Virus record (IMG/VR): IMGVR_UViG_3300025018_000100 | From: a virus | Strand: one strand, 5' to 3' | DNA: 64,000 nt | In this document: piece by piece, positions 20,429 through 30,300 of the stretch | Layout: each line of letters opens with the position of its first letter | Position numbering within the stretch: the stretch's first letter is position 1 | The notes under the pieces: generated by a model | The model's database searches: none | The model's input: only the letters and a program-made list of their open reading frames with translations | What the model was told of the DNA's origin: nothing | Made by a program: the position numbers and the translations under genes

Positions 20429-20870
20429 TTGGAATCAATTACTTCAGCACGGAGACCAGCACAATGCTGCTATTTTAATTTTGACACTTGCTATCCTCAA
20501 AGGGTATAATAATATTATTGCTGGAAACAGTAGCGAACTCATGGAAAAATTATATATAAATAATATTCCTCCAATACTATTTAGAAGAGGTTACTTATCT
20601 GTAAATAAATATGGCGGTATTAAAGGTTTCTATAAAGTTACTGAACCAACAAGTTATTTTACAAACAATAAATTCTTATACTATAAAATACCTTTGAGAA
20701 GTAAAATAGAATATCTTTGGATGTTAAGTTTAAGAAGAATAAATGAAAAACAAGACTACATTCCTGAAAATTACGTTAGCGAAAAAAGATGGAATAATAT
20801 ATTAATAGAGCGAAAACAAGGTAGATTATATTTTATACCTGAGTGTAGCTCTCCACAGACCAGAACATAG
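20412..20870 (+). CDS. Hypothetical protein (T5-like position between D10 and D11)
   Basis: 152-aa ORF, EYL.MLSLR motif, synteny. Confidence 0.65.
   Translation: MITYYNWNQLLQHGDQHNAAILILTLAILKGYNNIIAGNSSELMEKLYINNIPPILFRRGYLSVNKYGGIKGFYKVTEPTSYFTNNKFLYYKIPLRSKIEYLWMLSLRRINEKQDYIPENYVSEKRWNNILIERKQGRLYFIPECSSPQTRT
20481..20510 (+). promoter_or_regulatory. Intragenic consensus promoter, probably for the D11 operon
   Basis: TTGACA-18 nt-TATAAT. Confidence 0.6.
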
Positions 20871-20889
20871 TTCATAAAAGGAGACAAAC

Positions 20890-21549
20890 ATGGTATCATG
20901 GGATCAAGCAAAAGCCCCACAAGGTGGAGGTCAAAGAAAAGAAATTGATAGATTAAAATTTGAAATAGGAGATACTAAAATCAGATTAATAGGAGATGTT
21001 GTACCCCGATATGTATATTGGGTTACTACAAAAGAAGGTAAAAAGGCACCAGTAGAGTGTTTAAGTTTTAATAGAGAGACTGAAAGTTTTAATGATGGAG
21101 TACCTGACCCTATTAAGGAAATTACGTCAGAAGCAACTGGGGGTGAAGAATTAAAACCACAGTTTGCATATGTGTGTAATGCTATTGATAGAAAAGCTAA
21201 GTCAGTAAAGGTATTCGATTTAAAATCAACAATCTTTAAACAGATTGTAGACTTTGCTAAGAATGTTGAATATGGTAGTCCTGCTGATCCAGTTAATGGA
21301 TATGATTTAACTATTAAAAAAGAAAAGACAGGTAATTTACCTCAAAACGTCAAATATACTGTTATACCTGGCAGAAGCTCTACTCCCTTAACTGAAGAAG
21401 AGCAAAAGATGGAAACTTATGAATTAAGTAAAATGCATAAAGTTCCTACTTATGAAGAACAAAAAGAGTGGCTCATTAAAAACACTTTTTATTTTAGTAG
21501 TGATAATAGTGAATTCTCTCCAGACGAAAGTGCAGAGGATTTAACATAA
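20890..21549 (+). CDS. D11: T5 D11-like single-stranded DNA-binding protein
   Basis: IRLIGDVVPRYVYW, ECLSF.RETE.F, DLK..IF.QI, KTG.LP.NV.Y, acidic tail. Confidence 0.88.
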   Translation: MVSWDQAKAPQGGGQRKEIDRLKFEIGDTKIRLIGDVVPRYVYWVTTKEGKKAPVECLSFNRETESFNDGVPDPIKEITSEATGGEELKPQFAYVCNAIDRKAKSVKVFDLKSTIFKQIVDFAKNVEYGSPADPVNGYDLTIKKEKTGNLPQNVKYTVIPGRSSTPLTEEEQKMETYELSKMHKVPTYEEQKEWLIKNTFYFSSDNSEFSPDESAEDLT

Positions 21550-22464
21550 ATGGTAAAAAGAGTATCTGAAGATAAAATTTTAATTTCAGATGCAAACGTG
21601 GAAGCACAGGCTCATGAAGAGCCTGTGCTTGACACTGCATCGTCTTCTGAATCTTCTACTCCTGCTATTACAGGAGTAGATGGTAATAAACTACAAATTG
21701 ACGTAAATTACCTACGTAAGTATAATATATTTTTTGCTACCCCTTGTTATGGTGGTATGCTAACAGACCAATATTTTTTGAGCATGTTTAGAACTACACA
21801 AAAGTTAATGCAATTAGGTATTAACTTTAGAATTACTACTTTAAGAAATGAAAGTCTTATTACAAGAGGTAGAAACATATTAAACGCTATGTTTATGGAT
21901 AGTGATTGTACTCATTTAATGTTTATTGATAGTGATATTGAATGGGATCCCGACAGCATAGTTAGGATGTTAGCAATGAATAAGCCAATTATTGCAGGTG
22001 CGTACCCTAAAAAAACAGTTAATTGGGGTAACGTAAAAGAGGCAGCCGCGCGAGGAGAAAAGGATTTAGAAAATTTCCAGGCTGATTATGCTATTAATTT
22101 ACATTTTGCAGATAAAGAAACTAAAAAAGTTGAGTATAAAGATGGAGCTATTAAGGTTCTTGACGCAAGCACTGGATTTTTTATGATAAAACGTGAAGTA
22201 GTTGAAAAAATGATGAAACATTATCCAGAATTGCATTATAAAAATGATAGTCATATTGATCCTAGATTTGATAAGTGGTGTTATAGCTTATTTGATACTA
22301 TGCATGATCCAAAAGATAATAGGTATTTATCAGAAGATTATACATTTTGTAGAAGATGGCAAATGATGGGCGGAGAAATTTGGTTAGACCCACACACTAG
22401 TTTAAATCACGTTGGTAGTTACACATTTCATGGAAACCCTAGTAGAATGTTTAGGAATGCTTAA
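21550..22464 (+). CDS. GT-A fold glycosyltransferase-like protein
   Basis: FATPCYGG, NESLITRGRN, HLMFIDSDI (DxD), GAYPKK, TGFFMIKR, LSEDYTFC. Confidence 0.8.
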   Translation: MVKRVSEDKILISDANVEAQAHEEPVLDTASSSESSTPAITGVDGNKLQIDVNYLRKYNIFFATPCYGGMLTDQYFLSMFRTTQKLMQLGINFRITTLRNESLITRGRNILNAMFMDSDCTHLMFIDSDIEWDPDSIVRMLAMNKPIIAGAYPKKTVNWGNVKEAAARGEKDLENFQADYAINLHFADKETKKVEYKDGAIKVLDASTGFFMIKREVVEKMMKHYPELHYKNDSHIDPRFDKWCYSLFDTMHDPKDNRYLSEDYTFCRRWQMMGGEIWLDPHTSLNHVGSYTFHGNPSRMFRNA

Positions 22465-22886
22465 TGAAATACTGTTTAGGATTTATTCATGAAAACTACA
22501 CTAAAAATATATTATTAATTAGAAAAAACAGACCTTCCTGGCAAGCAGGATTTTTAAATGGTGTTGGAGGTAAAGTAGAATTAGGTGAAACCTCTAAAGA
22601 AGCAATGTCTAGAGAAACAGAGGAAGAAACTGGATTTCAAATTCCAATAGATAACTGGAATTTATTTGCTACCCTACAAGAAAAAGATAAATTTAAAATA
22701 GATGTTTTTAATATATTTGTTGATAATTTAAGTGAATTTGAGCAGAAAACAGATGAGAAATTAGAAATTCATGAATGGGATAAATTATCTAAAGAATTAT
22801 ATATAATACAAAACCTATTATGGTTAATACCTTTAGGGCTATACAGTTTATCCAATAAAATTGATATAGTAGAGGTAAATTATTAA
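22464..22886 (+). CDS. NUDIX hydrolase
   Basis: GGKVELGETSKEAMSRETEEETG Nudix box. Confidence 0.92.
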   Translation: MKYCLGFIHENYTKNILLIRKNRPSWQAGFLNGVGGKVELGETSKEAMSRETEEETGFQIPIDNWNLFATLQEKDKFKIDVFNIFVDNLSEFEQKTDEKLEIHEWDKLSKELYIIQNLLWLIPLGLYSLSNKIDIVEVNY

Positions 22887-23398
22887 TGATAGTAATTAAT
22901 CTATTTGGAGGGCCGGGAGTTGGTAAATCTACTATCGCTTCTGGTCTTTTTTCTTTAATGAAAAAGCAAAGATTAAATGTAGAATTAGTAACTGAATATG
23001 CTAAGGATATGACTTGGGAACGTAGATTAAATGTATTACAAGATCAGTTATATGTTACAGCGAAACAAAATAGAAGGTTAGCTAGACTTATAGACCATAA
23101 AGTAGACTGGGTTATAACAGATAGCCCACTACCTATAGGTTTATTATATACACCAGAAGATTATTATAGTAACTATAAACCTTTTTTATTAGAAGTCTTT
23201 AATAGTTACAACAATGTAAATTTTTTAATTGAAAGAAGAGTTAAATATGATACTACAGGTAGAAATCAAAATGAATATGAGGCTAAATTAATTGATGAAA
23301 AACTAAGAAAGTTTTTAGTAGATTTTAATATTTCTTACCATAGTGCTGCTGACGAACACGAAATACTAAAAGAATTATTAGGTGAAAGATTGATTTAG
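22886..23398 (+). CDS. P-loop nucleotide kinase/ATPase (NadR/AAA_28-like)
   Basis: GGPGVGKST, EYAK, ITDSP, GRNQ. Confidence 0.8.
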   Translation: MIVINLFGGPGVGKSTIASGLFSLMKKQRLNVELVTEYAKDMTWERRLNVLQDQLYVTAKQNRRLARLIDHKVDWVITDSPLPIGLLYTPEDYYSNYKPFLLEVFNSYNNVNFLIERRVKYDTTGRNQNEYEAKLIDEKLRKFLVDFNISYHSAADEHEILKELLGERLI

Positions 23399-23430
23399 AG
23401 TATATTCATTAAAGATTTGGAGAGTTATTT

Positions 23431-24411
23431 ATGATGAAAATATTAATGAGTGCAGATTGGCACATACTTCTTCATAAGAAGAAAGTTCCTAAAGAATGGC
23501 AAACAAATAGATTTAAGCTATTTTTTGATAAAATTTTAGAGTTAGAAAAAGATTGCGATATTCATATAATTGCTGGAGACGTATTTGATACAGCCCCTAA
23601 ATTAGATGAATCTACTCTATTTGAAGATTTTGCTAATAGAGCAAGTATAAAAACTATCATTATTCCTGGTAATCATGAGGCTACTAAAAAAGGTAAAAGT
23701 TTTTTAAGTGAATATGTTGATAATCCTAATGCTATTAGTAATCCACTAGTAGAAATATATACCTATAATACAAGAATTGAACATATGGGTCAGGGTTTTC
23801 AGTTATTTCCTTATGGTGAGATGCAGCTTGATAAAATACCTAATTATGTAGAAAATGATATATTAGTTACACATATTAGAGGTGAAGTACCACCACATGT
23901 CACCGCTGAATATGACTTCGAAAAACTTAGAAAATGGAAATTAATATTACTCGGAGATTTACATTTTAATCATAAATATAAAGATTATCCTGCATATTAT
24001 CCGGGTAGTCCTATGAATGTTACTTTTGATAGGTCAGATAATCGAGATTATGGTGTATATATTATAGATTTCAATGATATTGATGATTATAAAGTTAATT
24101 TTATTCCTTTAAAACTTCCTAAGCTAATTAGAAAAACAATTAAATCAGATGAGCAAGATCAAATTAAAAAAGATCAATTTCATCATATTATTTATGAAAT
24201 TACAGGAAATGTAAGTGAATTAGGTAATGTAGATATTAAAAATGAATTAATTGATAAAAAAGTAGCTCATAGGCCTATTGAAAGTAGTAGTTTAGATTTA
24301 TCAACTGCTAAAAATATTAGAGAAGAATTAGGTAGATACTTAGATTACAACAAAATAGATAATAAAACAGGAATACTCAAAGAATTTGAAGATTTAGGGG
24401 TTATAGACTAA
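23431..24411 (+). CDS. sbcD: SbcD/Mre11-like nuclease (T5 D12)
   Basis: ADWH, AGDVFD, PGNHE, GDLH, YPGSP. Confidence 0.92.
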   Translation: MMKILMSADWHILLHKKKVPKEWQTNRFKLFFDKILELEKDCDIHIIAGDVFDTAPKLDESTLFEDFANRASIKTIIIPGNHEATKKGKSFLSEYVDNPNAISNPLVEIYTYNTRIEHMGQGFQLFPYGEMQLDKIPNYVENDILVTHIRGEVPPHVTAEYDFEKLRKWKLILLGDLHFNHKYKDYPAYYPGSPMNVTFDRSDNRDYGVYIIDFNDIDDYKVNFIPLKLPKLIRKTIKSDEQDQIKKDQFHHIIYEITGNVSELGNVDIKNELIDKKVAHRPIESSSLDLSTAKNIREELGRYLDYNKIDNKTGILKEFEDLGVID

Positions 24412-24478
24412 TACGTCAATATCTAATAAAATAGTGTTGTGTTATTATTAATCGTTTGTGAGAAGGTAAATAACTAAA

Positions 24479-24679
24479 TTGAAATGCGTAAAATGTAAAA
24501 AAGTAATCAATAATACGGAGTATTATGATAAAAGTAATGTTATAGGTCCCCTATATTTTAAAGCTAAAGTGGTAAAGGGACCTTCTTATTTTATATATAG
24601 TGAAGATCACGAAAATGATTTACCTTTTTGCTCGAGCAAATGTTCTTTAGAGCATTATGAAATGTTAAAAAATGACTAA
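24479..24679 (+). CDS. Small Cys-rich (Zn-finger-like) protein
   Basis: CVKC ... FCSSKC; TTG start with AAGG SD. Confidence 0.55.
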   Translation: MKCVKCKKVINNTEYYDKSNVIGPLYFKAKVVKGPSYFIYSEDHENDLPFCSSKCSLEHYEMLKND

Positions 24680-25493
24680 TACTGACCTAAATAGAGTATA
24701 CTGGAAATATAAAAATAGTTCCCTAATGAGGCCAAAAATATATGAGGGCGTTTATGTAACAATCCCTAGATATAAATCATTTACTAATTTTTATGATGAT
24801 TTAATATACGAGGTCTCAGAATTTCATAATAGATGGGGTAAGTCTTATAATTATGTATTAGCTTTAAGTGGTGGGGTTGACAGTGAAGCTACTGCTTGCG
24901 CTTTTAATCATCTTAAAATACCTTATTCAGCTATTAGCTTAAATTTATTTAATAGAAATAAGTATGATTTAGATTGGGCTTACTCTTTTTGTAAACGTAA
25001 TAAAATAGAACATACAATTATAGATATAGATTTACAAAAACTATGTTATAAATTACCTAAATTTGTAAAGTATGGTCAATTTAGTGAGAGTTTAAGTCAA
25101 GCGGTACTGTGCGAATTATTAGATGTTCAAAGTACAAATCAAATAACTATTTTTAGTGGTCATAATCCTGATTTTCATAACAAACTAGGTTTTGGTTGGT
25201 GGGAAGACTGTATTAATATGGTTAAATATGCTATCAACACAAATAAAAGATTTTATACTTTTACTAGTTTAGAAAGCATTTTTTGTCATTATGCAAGAAA
25301 TATAGATTTAAATCAAGCAGGAAACAAAGATAGTACATTTATTCATAACGCCTTTCCAGAAATTAAAAAAAGACCTAAATATACTGGGTGGGAAAATTGT
25401 CATGATATACATTATGAATTTAGTAGATTTTTAAACAAAACAACCTGGTCAGACACAGATGAAAGAACTCAAATTTTTGTGACATGGAGATAG
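24672..25493 (+). CDS. PP-loop adenine-nucleotide alpha-hydrolase-like protein
   Basis: LALSGGVDSE PP-loop; KYTGWE near the C-terminus. Confidence 0.7.
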   Translation: MTNTDLNRVYWKYKNSSLMRPKIYEGVYVTIPRYKSFTNFYDDLIYEVSEFHNRWGKSYNYVLALSGGVDSEATACAFNHLKIPYSAISLNLFNRNKYDLDWAYSFCKRNKIEHTIIDIDLQKLCYKLPKFVKYGQFSESLSQAVLCELLDVQSTNQITIFSGHNPDFHNKLGFGWWEDCINMVKYAINTNKRFYTFTSLESIFCHYARNIDLNQAGNKDSTFIHNAFPEIKKRPKYTGWENCHDIHYEFSRFLNKTTWSDTDERTQIFVTWR

Positions 25494-25494
25494 A

Positions 25495-27324
25495 ATGATA
25501 GAATTAGAAAGATTAGAATGGAGTCACATGTACAGTTATGGAGCAGATAATGTACTTGACCTAAATAAAGAAAAAATCACACAGTTAACAGCCCCTAATG
25601 GTACTGGTAAGACTAGTATATCTTTAATTATTCAAGAATTACTATTTAGTAAAAATATTAAAAAAATTAAAAAAGGAGAAATTCTGCATAGACATAGCGG
25701 TGCAAAGTCTTGGTCAGGAAACTTGTATTTTAAAAAAGATGCAAACGATTATTGTATTAAAGTAATTAGAACAGGTGCTTCTACTAAAGTAACTCTGTTA
25801 GAGAACGGAAAAGATATTAGTGAACACAAGGTACCAGATACCTATAAAAAAGTATTAGATATTCTTGGTATAGATTTTGATATATTTACTCAGTTAAATT
25901 ATCAAAGTAGCAAAAATGTATTAGAATTTCTTTTAACTACGGATGCAAAGAGAAAGCAGTTTCTTATCAATTTGTTTAAACTTAATAAATATTTAGAAAT
26001 TGGAGAGACCGCTAAATTTAAATTACAACAAGTAGAAAAACAAACTACTAAGTTAGAAGGTGAGTTGGAAGGTGTAATTAAGTTTTTAAATGAAGCTAGA
26101 ATACCAGAAAAAAAATATGAAATTGATGTCCCAAAAATTGATGAAGATTTAAGAACTCAACAAGCATATCTTATGGCAGAAATTAAAAACCATAGAGAAA
26201 AAGCTAGATCAATTGATAAGAATAATATATTAAAAAATGAAAGAGATAGTATAAGTTTTGATATGAATATAGAAGAATTTGATTATGATACTTTTAAGAA
26301 TAAAAATACTAAACATCAAATTATGGCTTCTGAAATTAAAACTTTACAACAAGAACAAGCTAAAATTGCAAAGAAAATTAAAGATCTAGATTTAAAAGAT
26401 ACATGTTATGCTTGTGGTCAAACTATAGATATTAGCCACAGTTTAGTAATTAAAAATAACTTTGAATCTGAGTCTTTAGAATTAATGAAGAAAGAACATG
26501 AAGCTAAGAATGTATATTTAGAAATTGCTTCTGAATTATCTTCTTTATTAGAAGATAAGAAGAAATACGAGGAAAATAAAAAAGCTATTGAGAGATTTGA
26601 ACAGTTATCCCAGCTTATTGATGAAGAAATGGACAGTACTATTGATGATTTTGATAAACTGGAAGTAGATTTACGTACCATCAATGCTACTATTAAAACT
26701 CAAGAAGAAGAGAGAGAAAAAGCACAAAAGCATAATGAATCTGTGAGAATCTCTAATACGAAAATCGAAGCCCTAGTAGAGCAACGTCGAGAATTTTTAG
26801 CTAGACAAAAGCTACTAGAAGATGATATAATACAGTTTAAATCAAGAGTAAATGATTTAACAATTCTACGTAAAGCCTTTAGTCCTAGCGGTATAGTGGC
26901 ATATAAGATAGAGAATTTAACTAAGGAACTAGAGGACGCAATTAACTCCTACCTAGCTGAGCTTTCAGACGGTCAATTCCATATTGTATTTAGACTCGAT
27001 GGAGAGAAACTAAATATTGTTGTTATAGATCAAGGTGTAGAATCACCTATCGAAACAGCCTCTGATGGAGAGTTTAGCAGAATCCAAACAGCAGTATTAT
27101 TGGCTATCAGAAAGTTACTATCTAACATTAGTGGTAGCTATATAAATCTTTTATTCTTAGATGAAATAACAGGTGTATTGGATGAAGCCGGTAAAGAAAA
27201 ACTAATTGATGTATTAAGAGAAGAAAAGAATTTAAATGTATTCTTAATTTCTCATGATCTTACACACCCTCTAATAAGTAAGGTTAATATAAATAAGAAT
27301 GATAAGATAAGTTATATAGAATAA
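25495..27324 (+). CDS. sbcC: SbcC/Rad50-like ATPase (T5 D13)
   Basis: NGTGKTS, Q-loop, CYAC zinc hook, coiled coils, SDGE, LFLDE, ISH. Confidence 0.93.
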   Translation: MIELERLEWSHMYSYGADNVLDLNKEKITQLTAPNGTGKTSISLIIQELLFSKNIKKIKKGEILHRHSGAKSWSGNLYFKKDANDYCIKVIRTGASTKVTLLENGKDISEHKVPDTYKKVLDILGIDFDIFTQLNYQSSKNVLEFLLTTDAKRKQFLINLFKLNKYLEIGETAKFKLQQVEKQTTKLEGELEGVIKFLNEARIPEKKYEIDVPKIDEDLRTQQAYLMAEIKNHREKARSIDKNNILKNERDSISFDMNIEEFDYDTFKNKNTKHQIMASEIKTLQQEQAKIAKKIKDLDLKDTCYACGQTIDISHSLVIKNNFESESLELMKKEHEAKNVYLEIASELSSLLEDKKKYEENKKAIERFEQLSQLIDEEMDSTIDDFDKLEVDLRTINATIKTQEEEREKAQKHNESVRISNTKIEALVEQRREFLARQKLLEDDIIQFKSRVNDLTILRKAFSPSGIVAYKIENLTKELEDAINSYLAELSDGQFHIVFRLDGEKLNIVVIDQGVESPIETASDGEFSRIQTAVLLAIRKLLSNISGSYINLLFLDEITGVLDEAGKEKLIDVLREEKNLNVFLISHDLTHPLISKVNINKNDKISYIE

Positions 27325-27336
27325 GGAGATTTATAT

Positions 27337-30300
27337 ATGTTAGCACCTGGATATATTCCATTAAAGTTTCATTTAAATGAGGCATTCAAAACTAAATTAA
27401 GAAATAAACCTGTAAAGTGGGGTTTTGGTGGGTTAAGTGAATTTACTTTTTACAGAACATATTCTCGCCCTAAAGAAGATGGTTCCTTAGAAACATGGGC
27501 AGATTGTGTATTAAGAGTTATTGAAGGAATGTTTACTATTCTTAAAACTAATGCTCAATACTCTCACATTCCTTGGGAAGTGGATAAAGCAGAGAAGCTT
27601 GCCGAGGAAGCTGCTGAGAGAATGTTTGACTTTAAATGGACTCCCCCTGGACGAGGTCTATGGGTTATGGGTACCGATATGGTATGGGATAAGGGCGGAG
27701 CTGCCTTAAATAACCCTCTCCATGAAGATACCAAAATTCTTACCGAGGAATATGGTTGGATTGCTTTGAAAGAGATTGAAGGGCAAAACGTAAGAGTATT
27801 ATCTAAGCTACGTAGTAAGCAAAAATTTACTGGAGGAGCAGGGTTTGTGGATGCTTATATTTCTACTAAAGAAATGCAGCCTTCTTATAAAATTACTATT
27901 GAAACTCTACTAGGTAATATTAAAGAAATTATAGCATCTGAAAACCATAGATGGTTTGTTATTACTGATAAAAAAAATAGTTTTGAAAACCGAATTACTA
28001 CAGATTATCTTACTAATAAACATTATTTGCCAAGAGCTACACCCACTAAGCAGTACGAACCTAGCTTTGCAGGTTACTGTCATGGGTTTTTCTTCGGCGA
28101 TGGTACACGTAGTAATGGAGAATTACATCAATTCACAGAAGATAATAAAAAAATATTAAATAGTATATTTCCTGAAATTAGTTTTAGAGAAAATATCTAT
28201 AAATTACCTTCAGGTTTAGAAGCTAAGATAGTAAAAAACCTTCCTAAAGCTTGGTCTAAAGTTCCTGAGGGAGATTATGCTACAGATAAGAAGTATGTCT
28301 TTGGATTTTTAGCGGGATATTTTGCTGCAGATGGTTCTGTAGGGACTACCTATAGAATTGCCTCTTCAAAGATAGAAGAACTAGAAAAGGTCCAAGAATT
28401 ATTTGAATATGTAGGTATTGAAACTAAAATCATTAAAGATAGCTCTAATTCAACCAATTTTAGTGAAGATAGAGATTTATACCAATTAAATATTTGTAAA
28501 CATGATTTAAATGAGAAATTCTTCTTAAAAGAAAGTCACTTACATCATTGGGTAGAAAATAAATCTAAAATAAAAAGACCACTCCATAAAGTAATATCTA
28601 TAGAAAAACTAGAAGAACTGCAGCCTGTTTTATGTGCTGTAGTTCCAGAACACGAAAACTTTGTTATTGACGGGTTTACTGTAACTTCTAATTGTGCTTT
28701 CGTAACAACTAAAAATATTGGTACTGAGTGGAGTAAACCTTTTGGATTCTTAATGGATATGAGTATGTTAGGAGTTGGTGTTGGATTTGATACAAAAGGG
28801 GCTGGTAATATTGATATATACAAACCTGAAGGTGATCCAGAAGTAATTACTGTGGAAGATAGTAGAGAGGGGTGGGTAGACTTAATATGTACTCTTATCG
28901 ACAGCTATATGGACCCGGATGGAGTTCCTATTATTCCAGATACTCATTTAGTTAGAGAATATGGAACTCCTATTAAAGGATTTGGAGGAGTAGCTAGCGG
29001 CCCAGAACCTTTAGTACAAGGTTTCTACGGAATCATGGATATTCTTAATAAAAGAGCTAATAGTGACGATAATTATATTACTAGTACCGATATTGTTGAT
29101 ATCATGAATATTATTGGAAAAATTGTTGTAGCAGGAAACGTTAGAAGATGTTTACCTGAAGATACACTAATTCATACAAAAACAGGATTAAAAGAAATAA
29201 AAAATATTATTCCTGGAGAAGAAGTTTACACTTCCAAGGGTGTTAGTAAAGTATCGGAATTAGTATATCAAGGAGAGCAAGAAGTTATTTCTATAAATAC
29301 TCAGCTAGGTAGTTTTAAATGTACTCCAAAACATAAAATAGCTGTCTTAGACTCTACAAATACTTATTATTGGACCCAAGCCCAGTATCTAAAGACTGGA
29401 GATAGATTAGTATTTCCAGAACATGAAATAGAAGGGATAAAAACTAGTTTACCTAGTTGGGAATATAATAAAACAGAAAAATCAACAACATGTAAAGATA
29501 TTACAATACCTGAATTAAATAAAGACGTATCTTGGTTACTAGGATTATTTCACGGAGACGGATACACATATCCTAATTTTGAAAAAAATGGATATAATGC
29601 TTATATTAGTATTGCATGTGATAATGTTAATTATCCAAGTATTACAGTTAAAGCAAAAGAAACACTAGCTAGTTTTGGACCTAACTTACATTTTTGTGAT
29701 ATACCAGATTCAGAAAAAGATAAAAGTTATAAAATTAGAATACAATCTAAACAATTATCTTGGTATTTTTCTAAGTTTAAAGAAGCACATAAATGTATAA
29801 GTGTGCCTGATTTTATTCTTCAAGGTACTAAAGAAATTAGAGCTTCGTATCTAGCAGGCCTTTTTGATGCTGATGGTTCTAGTATAGACAGAACTACTAT
29901 AGCTGTTTATACAGTTTATGAAAAGTATGCGAAACAAATACAAGCATTGTATGCTAGTCTAGGTATTCCTACACGTATAAAAGAAAATTGGCAAAAAATA
30001 TATTTAGTTTCTATCATAGGACAGGATACAATAGAAAAATTTGAAAAACTAATAGCTATTCACTCTGAAAAGTACCATAATTATAATAAGACTAATAGGA
30101 GTCAAAATGATTTTGGGTATCCGAGTGCTTGGATAGACAAAGAAGTAGTAAATTATGGTAAATCTTGGACTCCTCAACAAGAGCAAATGACTTACCATAA
30201 ATTCAAATCTTTAAAAGGAGATAGTAATTTAATTCCTATTAAAGTAGAATCTATAGAATATAATAACGAAGTAGTAAATACATATGATATTAGTGTTCCA

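Noticed and set aside
24672-25493. QueC / 7-deazaguanine DNA modification pathway
   Set aside because: No QueC Zn-binding Cys motif, and no folE, queD or dpdA in the window
26761-27120. Mild GC rise in the sbcC 3' part
   Set aside because: Only about 36% by hand count with no overlapping ORF; not clearly beyond local variation
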